Part shown: one piece after another, positions 50,402 through 61,166 of the stretch
How the letters are laid out: each line of letters opens with the position of its first letter
How positions within the stretch are numbered: the stretch's first letter is position 1
Assembly (NCBI GenBank): GCA_026770705.1
Contig: JANJGN010000013.1
Coordinates: 40,548,001-40,612,000 of the forward strand
Length of the DNA stretch: 64,000 nucleotides
Reading direction: 5' to 3'
Origin: Isurus oxyrinchus
Taxonomy: Eukaryota
The notes under the pieces: model-generated
The model's input: the letters and a program-made list of their open reading frames with translations, nothing else
Told to the model about the DNA's origin: nothing
The model's database searches: none
Program-made: the position numbers and the translations under genes

Positions 50402-51060
50402 ATTGAATTTATTCAAGGCAGAATTAGACAGATTTTTGATAAGACGAGCTGGGGGGTGGGGGGGATGGGGGGGAAAGATGGCAAAGTGGAGTTGACTATT
50501 CCAGATCAACCATGATCTTATTGAATGACACAGCAAGCTCCAAGGGCTTAATGGCCTAATCCTGCTCCTAAGTCGTATGTTGTTATGTAACATGGGCAAG
50601 GAAAAACTTATTAGATCTAGAAATTAGGGATCTGACCCAGGTGCCCTGAATCCCACCAAGAATATGGCCCATTTGCTATTGTGCAGTATTCTATATAAAC
50701 CATTGAGGCTTCATTTCCCATGAGTTTGCCTCAAAGTAGAAAATATTGGCCTAGTTTTGTAAGTGAGAGTCATACATGTCTTGTAAAGAGAAGACTTTTG
50801 AATTAGTGTGGCTTAGCTAAAAGTGATTTTTATGATTTCATCTTTCTTACTCACAAAGTAAGCAGTAAGTAACTAACTGGTTGGACACAGGTTAACGTAG
50901 GCTGCAAGAAGTAGTGAATTCTGATTCACGCTCAATTCAGCACAAGGAAATGCTGATTGGGGAAACTATCTAACAACCATAGTACAGGACAGCAAAACAG
51001 TTCAGTTCACCTAACCTGCTTTTGCATAGTCCTCTTCAAAGCGTGTTACACATTCTTGAT

Positions 51061-51308
51061 ACAAAAACAGAAAATGCTGGAAATACTCAGCAGATCAGTC
51101 AGCATCTGTAGAGAGAGAAAAATAAAGTTAATCTTTCAGATCAATGACCTTTCATTAGAATTCAAAAATTCTCGTGTTCTGATGAAAGGTCATCAGCCTG
51201 AAATGTTAACACTTTATCCCTCTACACGGATGCTACCAGACCTGCTGAGTGTTTCCAGCATTTTGTTTTTATTTCATGTTTCCAGTATTTGCAGTATTTT
51301 GCTTTTGT
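51061..51308. mobile_element. Older Penelope-like fold-back element
   Basis: Inverted arms around ~51165 plus the 3' tail tttccagtatttgcagtattttgctttt. Confidence 0.75.
51174..51212 (+). ncRNA. Minimal hammerhead ribozyme motif (canonical core)
   Basis: GTGTT-CTGATGA-A-AGGT-CATCA-GCCT-GAAAT-GTT-AACAC; perfect 5-bp stem I. Confidence 0.65.
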
Positions 51309-52060
51309 ACAAATAAAAATTGTAAAGGAAATGCTTCAAATACTACATTTTGTATGCAATTGCTTCTTGTAGTAATTGCAATTTACTCAGAGTTTGAAAA
51401 GTGACGTTTATCTGGTATGATAACTATTTAAATAACAATCAGTGATGGAATTAGGGATTAACTAGGTTACCTAGTGAATCCATATTTGTATAACTGATTG
51501 ATGTTGATCTATTCCAGGTATTCAGGTGTATAAATGTGAAATTTGTGAATTAAAAAGTTACCATGTAGAACATCTGGATTTAGAAATTCAGTCATTTAAG
51601 TTAGGGTCCTGTTTCTCACAGGATCTGTTCCTAATTTCTGAACACCCCAGTGCTTCACTTGGCATATGGTGTACTCACATGACATGACATGGTGCTAACA
51701 GGTAGAAAGACCTTCATATTTATCTGAACGTGGAACAGGAGGGAACAAGAGTGCTTCCCTTAGCTCACACTAAAAATATACAGACTGCTGCCAGGTCTCC
51801 ACCACCCCCAGCCCCACAACCAAAGGCACATGTCACTCTCAAGGCCTGATCTCTTCACCCACTTGGCTGCACTTATTCAAGGTGCAGTGGCACAATCTTG
51901 CTCCAACCACAGCACCAGCTTCATGTTAATGAGGTCCAAGGCCTATTATCAATGGCTACTGAGGCCTCTCCCATTTTGGCAGTTTGTACTTTGCACTCCC
52001 CACAAGCCCAAAAAGAGATGCTCTCAAATTTCTGTTCCTGATTTCATTTGTTTTCTAAAT

Positions 52061-52704
52061 GGCCTGGATTTTGCACTAGTAATGATAGTGAAACTGTCAG
52101 TGTTCATTGTCATTACTCTGAAAATGCCAGCAACTTCAGGAGTCCGCATGAGTAGTTAAAAGTAAAAATCCTGAAGTTGCTGTCAACGGTCCTATGCTCC
52201 TTCATTGGGTGTGCTGTTGAAGTTCTTGCAGCCTGCAATCAATTAGAAATTACTGCTCCGATGAGCTTATGAAACATTACTGTTAAAGTTATGTCTCCTT
52301 AATGAGGTGCAATTGGGATTTTTACTGCGTACTAAGTCATAACCACTGCTGAAGAGTTCTCAGACCCTGGAAAACTAATTGTTTAATGCCAATATTTTCC
52401 ATTCTGATAAAAATTCTAATTTGTAATCTTTTTTAAACATTTGATGTATATGTCCCAACCTTTATTTTACTTATAAAAAGTAAAGGATAATCAGTACATT
52501 TTACTTCCTGGTTTGCAGTCTGTGAGAATTAATATGATTAGCTGTTTACCCTGTTTGATGAAAGCGCTGTTGCTGGAGACAGATTCAAATGAACATTAGG
52601 AACACTAAAATCCATGCCAGGAGATCACTACACTTTTATGAACGGCTTCCCTCAACGTCAGCGGTGAGTACTGTCGCTTCATCGCTCATGGCAAAATCCA
52701 GGCC
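52061..52704. mobile_element. Harbinger-type MITE with perfect TIRs
   Basis: 14-bp perfect TIR ggcctggattttgc / gcaaaatccaggcc; TSD aat/aat. Confidence 0.85.
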
Positions 52705-53409
52705 AATATATTACATAGTTTTTAAATTCATTTGTTCAATGTGAATTTATAATGTAGCTCGATGTTTATTGGTAAATACAATTTGTACACCTGTTAAAAT
52801 CCCAGTTAATTATTTTGTGAATACTGTATAGGGCATTAATAATTCTTAATGTCACACGAATATGATGGATGTGCATGCCAAAAGCATCATACAGACTGTC
52901 TACAAATTAAAAGTTTAAAAGTCAAAATTAAATTGTATATATTTAATAAAGAAAATATTTTCAGTACTGTAATTTAATTCCAAGTTAAAGTTACTAATTC
53001 TTTGGAAATAAGCTGAATCATTTAAGTAATTTTGACATTTTATTTCTATATATATTAGTGCAAGTGATTTTTGTGCTCTGTTCTCTAGTAGTTTGCATGT
53101 ATAACCATCAATGCAAAGTAATTCATGTCTGTGAAGCAGTTTGCGACATTTTAAACACAATAAAGCACTAGTCTTTCTTTCCACGTACCTCACCTTGAAT
53201 CTGCACAAAAAAAAAATCAAAGATGCATCTCAAAACTTACTTTATTGAAGATGGCATGTCACAATTGGCAGTTATTTAGCTCACTCTTCCTGTTAAGCTT
53301 AATGATCAGTGAAGATCTTAGTACACTCATTGTTCACTTTACCTGTACTAAATATCAATGGTACAGCTGAATTTCTTCAAGCCAATTTTTGAAGAATTCT
53401 TCAAGTGTA

Positions 53410-53665
53410 GATCTTGCTGGGTATTTATTGCCCTTCACCGAGGCTACCAATTAAGAGTCAATTACATTATTTGACTTTAGCCCCACTTCTACAGACCATG
53501 TAAGGATGCCAGGTTTCCTTCCTTAAAAAGATTAGTGAAGCAGTTGCGTTTTTCAATACCTTCATGATTAACTGATTAAAAAAACTGAATTCTATTTCAT
53601 AAACTGCCATGGTGAGATTGGAATCATTAGTCCAGGCCTCTGGATTGAGTGTCCAGTAACTTGTG
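53410..53665 (-). mobile_element. Degenerate tRNA-headed SINE (same family as 236-596)
   Basis: Anticodon-arm-like hairpin at 53640-53656, shared body, and gggcaataaat tail. Confidence 0.6.
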
Positions 53666-54294
53666 CAATACACAAATGTACCTATTCTTAGCCACATAAA
53701 TCAAGACAAACAATGTGTTGCTAAAATTTCTAAACTTTTTAACCTATTTCTAAAAATCATGAAGGGAAAAGTCTTAAAGTATTAACAGGAACTGCATGTT
53801 CATAAAATAACTGATATAATTTGTCTCAAGAGTTGTCCTCTGTGCACTCAAAAAAGTTATTGTTTTAGCTGATTACTTGAAGTGGAGAGAGAATAGTATA
53901 TGACCAAAGTTACATTGCAAAGTACCCAACTAACATTAAATTGTGCTACATTACCACTGGTAATGTAACTTCACTCCTCCAATTCAGGCTTCTTGAGCTT
54001 CCCTAAAACTCTGAAGCTCCCTCCCTAAACCTATCTACATTTTTTTCTTCTAAGACACTCCTTAAAACATATATCTTGCATCAGGTTTTTGATCATCTTC
54101 CCAATATACCCAAATTTTGGTTTATAAGGTTCCTGTGAAGCACCTGTGGATGCTACATAAATACAAGTCTGTTGTATATCTGGTTTTCACATTACTGCAT
54201 AGATTAGGTGGGAAAAGACACCCGGATCCTAATTAATCTAAAGCATTACAATTAAGTAAAATCTACAGCATTATTCAAGTGCAAAACTGACAGG

Positions 54295-54650
54295 ATCAAC
54301 TTAACTCTGAGTTAAGAAAGATTGTAAGTTTATGTTCCAATACATAACTCAAATAAAATTTAAGCTGACTTCAGTGCAACATTGCTGGAAGATGCCAGTG
54401 TTTTGTTGAGATGTTAAACAAAGACCCCGTCTAGTTGGTCAGGTAGATGTAAAAGATCTTACAGCATAATTTGTCAGGCAGTCAACATTTCCTTCCCCAA
54501 CCACCAAATTAACTTGTCATTCATCATATTTACTTGTTTCAGTTGGCTGCTGTATTTGCCTATGCAATAGTGACAACGCTTCAAAAGTGTAATTACATGA
54601 AGAACTTTAAGATCCGCTGAGGATGCAATAAATGGTCATATAAATACAAG
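54295..54650 (+). mobile_element. Degenerate Deu-domain SINE (SacSINE1-like)
   Basis: gagatgttaaacaaagaccccgtct...caggtagatgtaaaagatc resembles the Deu core; L2-like tail atataaatacaag. Confidence 0.55.
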
Positions 54651-55937
54651 AGCTCCCCATAAAGAACTTCTGATCTTTTGCCAGAACCCTATCTTTAAAC
54701 TGAAGTACCTCATCACTACAGGCTACAATGGTTCACGTAAACTCATTTTATATCTGTAACAATTAGAATCTGCTAAATATAAAATACAGAGCAGTACTTC
54801 CAGGAGTTTGCTCATGTTTGGTAACTATTGACAAGAGATTTAAAACTAAGTCCAACGGATTTAAAAGAAAATCTTGATATTGCAATAACTATAACTTTGA
54901 ATTGAATAGACTCTCTTTCCACTCACACCATCAGTGCTTAAGATCACAAAAAAGACAACAAAGCAAATCTAGTTAAGAGATAACATTGAAGGTAGGGAAT
55001 GAAAGTCAAATTGGTCTGTTTCACTATTTAGATCACCGAGTCTTTGGAAAATTAACATAACTCATAAAAGGGAAAAAAAGTCCACTTGTTTAAATTTAGA
55101 GTTGATGGGCAGGCACATGCAAGTGTACTAGATTGAATGTCTAAACTTTTTGGATAGTAACTAATTTACTTATACCACATTAGTTAACTAGGCAGCCACA
55201 TGTATTATTTCACTGATTATATAATTGGATACAATTCATAGTAAAAGATTCCACCCACAGAAATTCTTCATTTTATACTGTTTTCCATTCTCTCCCTTCA
55301 CTGTGCCAGGATAGTTCAATTTAATTACTGTTTTGTTCGGTTACAGAATTTTAGTAAAATATTTGTACAATACACAGCAGCAATTTATTTTTCAGGGTGT
55401 GGTTCATGACAGAATTTGGAATGCTTATTATCTGAATAATAGCATTTCAGTTTAACACTGATAAAATGGTTTAAAAATAAAATTCACCACTTTTACAATA
55501 GGCTGATATGGTACAGACAAAAAGTATACATTCTACAAATGGATTCAAAATACCAAATAAAGTACTGTGCTGAACTAGGTATACCATTTTATTAATAAAT
55601 GTGCATAATTTCTTCAGTCTTGAGACTAAACTGTTTATCTGGAATATTTCAGTGATGGCACTGGTTTTCAGAATAGTATTCTACAAAACAAGTTTCATTA
55701 TAAACACACAATCTTTTTGTTCCAGCTTATACAATCTCATGAAAGTCAAAATGTTCAACTGGTTTAAGGCATTGTTATCTCTTCTTTCCCCCAAATAAAT
55801 TTCCATTCAATAACCTGCATAAGTAACAAGGAAGACAAAAACTAGCATCAGCTAACCTTAGCCTGCAGCACATCATTACTGTAAATGGCATTAAGATCAC
55901 ATAGTCCAGTTCTGTCGAGTCCTTCTGGCATTATGAA

Positions 55938-56170
55938 TTACATTTTTTTCCGCATTTTCCCTTTGCCTCTACCAAAGGCCATGTTCTTCATTTCTCTTAC
56001 ACGTTGCCGATTCTTAAGCTTGAGTTTCTTCATTCCTCCCCGTTGTAGGAACTGAGATTTTTCTTTTCTCTTTCTATTTTTGAGGATTTCAGCTTTGGTC
56101 TTCAGCTCTGATCGCACTCCATGCTGTTGCCCTTGTTTTCTTGGGAAGGAACTAGAGTTTCCTCTTCCAC
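55938..56170 (-). CDS. DDX54: DDX54 terminal coding exon
   Basis: VRSELKTKAEILKNRKRKEKSQFLQRGGMKKL...AFGRGKGKMRKKM* matches the recalled DDX54 C-terminus (VRPELKTKQQILKQR...FLQRGGLKQL...KGKMRKRM); acceptor ttacag, phase 1. Confidence 0.95.
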
Positions 56171-57786
56171 CTGTAATTTTACATGTTGTTTCTTTATCAT
56201 GGTACAAACAGAATGTTATATTACAGCAACAGGCAACTTGGCCAATCATGTTTGTGCTTGTATTTTTCTCCAGGGGCTACCTACTCAAATTCCACTCACC
56301 TACTTACTACCCATATCCTTCAATATAGTACTCCTCCTTTCAAACAGCTATTTAACTCTCTCTTCAAACAATTTATGCAATCTCCTTCAGCAACAGTTAT
56401 GGCAGAGAATTTCACTAAAGAATCATTTTCTCTTAATTTTTTGTGATTGTTTTAGATTGTTGCATCAGTCAGCAAAACAATAACATAAAAACACAAACTG
56501 AATCACTATTTAATCTTAACATAGCTCTTTAATACTTTGACAACTTCTACCAGGTCTCTCAGCTACTGTGGGGAAAAAAAACTTCTTGCCTCTTTTCATA
56601 TCTGTAACTTCTGATCCTTGATAGGATATGACCTCCTGCAACACTTCATAATAGTCATCATTACAATTTGGCGCTATTAGCAATTTTCAGTATTGATCCC
56701 CAAATGTTACATCCAATTCATTTCTGTATATAGAAAGAACAATATGTATGCAAGAACTTCACCACACATCTAAGTGTAACAAATCTTTCCAGTCCAACTA
56801 ACTTCCTTTTGCCTTACAGCCATCCCTTGATTCACACAGCCACATTCCTAAAATTCTGTGCTATTTTCTTTACTGTAACCTCTTACATGGTAGCTTATCA
56901 AATAGTTTTTTGAAAATGCATATTAACCATACCAAATGAATTTTCCTCCTCAAAAGAGATTGGTGCATTATAGACACACCTATTTTCAAATCAGTAAAAC
57001 TAATTTTTGTTCCAGTTACAAGCTTCTGATTGAAAATTAAATCCAAGGAAAATGAATCCAGAACAGATAGTATAATTTTATGTCATATCACCATTTTAAG
57101 GATGGTCCTTACTTCCCTGGAGGTCCTGTAATAAATGAAAATGTTGTTTTCTTTCTTGCAACATCCGTAATGCTGCATTCCTCAGTCCTCATGTATGAAT
57201 TACGCACCACTCATCATCATCCCCAGCTCTCCTCCTCTGCACATTCCATCTCACTCTAATCTACCTGCTGCAGTTTTTCTATTCAACCTCTATTCTGTTC
57301 TTCTGTCTGATCTTTTCTGTTGTGCTTTGCTCCAAACCCTTCCATGCTGTGTGCCCTTCCCTAGTTCAAAATGCAACATGATAAACATCACATCACCACC
57401 CCAGCCTATCCATGAGAAGTGCTGTGGGAGATGAGCTTCTAATGATATTTACTAAACTAATATCCATCATGCATGACCCAGTGAAAATATAGCATGTTAC
57501 TGCTGAAAGATGCAAACTTCATAAAAATACCTATACTATTATTTACCTAATTTTTTATATACATACATAAGATGTACACAATTTTCAACTAGTCCTTTCC
57601 AAGCATTTTCTTAATTATTTCCATAGCTATAGGAATAGCAGAAAGTAAATTAAAGAGATTAAGTAGGCTATTTATCTGGTTAAAAGGTCTCTCTGATCAT
57701 CCATTCCACCAAATATCTAATTGTCCCTCAAATTGTAATACTAAATGCCTCCACTGTTCTCTGGGCAGTCCATTCCATAATACATA

Positions 57787-58364
57787 GGATTGCCAGTCCT
57801 CCAGGATTGGCCTGGAGTCTCCAGGAAAAGAAAATCAATCTTCAGGACATTGCTGTGTGCAAAAACATTTTTTTTTGTTGTCATTTTCTTTGAACATTTC
57901 TCTTTACCAGTTATAAAAATATTGAATATGTGGAAAAAAAGAGCAGTTTGGCTGATAGCCAAGCATCTTCTAATTGGATAATGGAACTTTTTGCTTTTCA
58001 ATTGGCATAGGAAGGCAGTGTGTCACAGGCTGGATGTGTTGGCTGACTAATGGCTGAAGCATGGAGGCAAGTCTGGTGATGAAACCTCCAGGACAACATT
58101 CAGGCTTGGGTTGATAAGTGGCAAGTAACATTCGTGCCAGGCATTGACCACCTCCAACAAGAGAGAATCCAACCATCTCCCCATGACATTCAATGGCATT
58201 ACCATCACGGAACCCTTCCACTAGCAACATCCTGGGGAGTTACCAATGACCAGAAACTGCATCTTCTCAAGGGTAATTAAGGATGGGCAATAAATGCTGG
58301 CATAGCCGGCGATGTCCTCACCCCATGAAAGAAAAAAAAAATCCTTAATTACAGTTGGCAACCC
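57787..58364. mobile_element. Non-autonomous TIR element (GGGTTGCCA-type ends) containing a LINE fragment (~58090-58340)
   Basis: TA-GGATTGCCAG ... GTTGGCAACCC-TA; subterminal hairpin ccaggattggcctgg; superfamily unknown. Confidence 0.55.
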
Positions 58365-58861
58365 TAACTACACGTTATGTAATTTGTGCACCTTCTTTCC
58401 TAAGTCTATGTCCCCATTTCTAGAATTTGTGAGTCTTAAATGCAACCTTGATTTAGCATATTTATTTCCTTCAGATACCATTTGCAGTCAGATATTTTAA
58501 AAATCTTTTTCACAAGTGTGAAGCAGGATTATTATTCTCAAGGGCATATCAGTTATAACTGAAGAGTGCAAAGAAAATTAGATAAATATACAATTTTACC
58601 AAAAAGAAATGTTGAACTGCTGAAATGGGAGCAGCACTTTGAGCTGAAGCACTACCATAGATTTTCCTTCCTACTAATGGATTATAACAACATTTTGCAC
58701 TAAAACAAACATTCAGCAGAACTGGTCTAATACCACATGGTTTACAAAACAAATGCATCCTAATTAAGTTTAGTAACATTTATGATTGGCAAAAGGTGTT
58801 CAGTTTTTAATCAATACTTTGACACAAAGATAACAATATATAAAAAATAAAGTAGCCTTAC

Positions 58862-58959
58862 CTCGACCACCTTTTTTCCTATGATTCCGTCGCTCATTTT
58901 CAGTTTCATCATCAGATATTCTTTCATCAATCTTGTACTTCTTCTTCCATTCCTCATAG
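58862..58959 (-). CDS. DDX54: DDX54 penultimate coding exon
   Basis: YEEWKKKYKIDERISDDETENERRNHRKKGGR (DBP10CT region; recalled human YQKWKQKQKIDDRDSDEE); tag|...|gtaagg; 98 nt, phase-compatible with the last exon. Confidence 0.93.
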
Positions 58960-59339
58960 CTAAATATTACTAGTCATGGAAACGGATATATTTTAGATTG
59001 TTATTTTTTTACCATTTTAATCTCAAATCTTGAATATGTATTGGCTCAAAAAATGAGTGAAATTTTAAGTGTAAATCGCTTTCTGCAGTAAGATGGTCAT
59101 GCTACTCAGTTGAATATAAATAATTTCTGAAGTGCTCAGACAACATTCGATTGAATTCAAGATTATAGAAAAGTTCTTATGCCATAAGTTGCAGCACTTG
59201 TAAGATTTCTACATTTTCTCCCTCAACTGCCTATTAAAAGTTACCAGATTGCTTTTCTACATCATTATAATACAGTCATATCTGATTATCAAAGGGCACA
59301 AAGACATTTAATTAGTGACCAAGAAATTTATTCAATTGA

Positions 59340-60050
59340 GTCATAGAAAGACACAGGCAGAGGCCATTCAGCTCACCATGCTTGTGTCTACTCTTTGGTA
59401 CAGCTATCCAATTAATTCGTTTCCCTATTCTTTCCTCATGAGCCCAAGTAATTTCTTTCCCTTCAATAACTTACACAATTCATCTTTGGAATGTTACTGT
59501 TGACTCTGCTTTCACCAACCTTTCAGGCAATGCAAGCTAGATCACAATAACTTGCTTTGTGAAAACATCTTTCCTCATGTTACTTCTGGTTCTTTTATTA
59601 ATCACGTTAAATTTGTGTCCCCTGATTACTGAACCTTCTGCTACTGGAAACAGTTTCTCCTTCCTTACTCTATCAAAACACTTCAAAATTTTGAACACCC
59701 GATCAAATCTCCTTAATTCCAAATCTCTGCTCTGAGGAGTACAACCCCAGCTTCCCCAGTCTCTCAACAGAATGGAATTCTCTTTCTGTCCTAGTGCAAT
59801 TCCAGTAATCGCTCCTGCACCCTAAGATCTTGGCATTCTTTCTAAATTATGACACCCAGGATTGAACACAATATTCCAGCTGAGGCTCAACCAGTGCTTT
59901 GCAAAGAGTTAGCATAACTTCTTTGTTTTTGTATTCTATTCTTCTATTAACAAAACCCAGAATCCTAAATGCTTTCCTAACAACCTCTGAAATTATCCTG
60001 CCACCCTCAAAGATTTGTGTATATATCTCCCAGGTCTCCTTTTGAATTTG
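59340..60050 (-). mobile_element. CR1 LINE 3' fragment
   Basis: KAFRILGFVNRRIEYKNKEVMLTLCKALVEPQLEYCVQSW; VFKILKCFDRV...RGHKF. Confidence 0.85.
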
Positions 60051-61166
60051 CTTAAATCTAGAATTTCTGTCCACTACAAGTTACATTTAGGTTAGTTTCA
60101 GTCTCCTCGACTCCAAAGCCTTAAATCGTCATGGACTGATGCCATTATTATTGGTTCAGATGTGTCCATCTGAATGATGTTCCAATGGTCATGATTCTTA
60201 ACAACAGCTAACGTGAAGATGATTCCCTCACATTGCAAATTTTAAATCTAAGCTTAATTCTTTAGAGAAAAAAAGGGAATATGAAGCATGATCTGTAGTT
60301 TCTCATATTTTAGGAATAGTGGGAGGGGAAGGAAAGAGCTAAGGACATCTGCCTTCGTTACAACTGCAGATCATTAACCTATTCTTTTGACTTAGGAATT
60401 GCACAAGGTATCAAGAAGAGAGAATATATACCAAAGTTTAAGGAAACTGAGAATGCCTTGCTTGAAGGCCAGGTATCACCAAATCATGATGACTGATAGG
60501 GAGATCTATCAGTTTATCCTAATTCCTCCATTCAAAAATATACTGATAAGCCTCTCCACATTACAACATCTAATTGGTTCCAAAATAATTCCAGGGCTTT
60601 TGTCTTCCCTATGTAATTTGGAAACCAATTCTATGTATTGATCATTGTTTGTAAAGAAAAACTTATTGATATCAGTAAGTTTGCCAATCACTTATGAGAC
60701 CATTTCCCCATGTCCTATTCTTAGTTCTAGTTGTAGTCCTATACTTTCACTTTAGTTGAAAGTAATTTTCACATGCATCTTTTGTATATTATTTTCTACA
60801 CTTTTATAATATCACCTCTGATTTTAAAGTCAAGAAGTCCAAGTTTCTCTTGTGTTTTTTAATTAATCTTTGACACAGGGATCAGCCTTGTGACTCTTTA
60901 TGCACAGACAATGCTTGAAAGTCTCTTTTGTATCTAGTTGAACAAATGGACACCAGTACTCAAGCTGTGGTTTTGTGTTGGAACAGGAGTATGCTACTCA
61001 GCCCTTTCAGCCTGTTCCACTAATTAGATCATGGGTGATCTGTATTCTTACTCCATGTACCTGCCTGTATGCCATATATCGATCTCAAGTCATGCATATT
61101 TTAACTGACCCAGCATTCAACACCTTTTGGGTATCAAGTTCCGGGTTTCTATTCCCCTTTGTAAGA

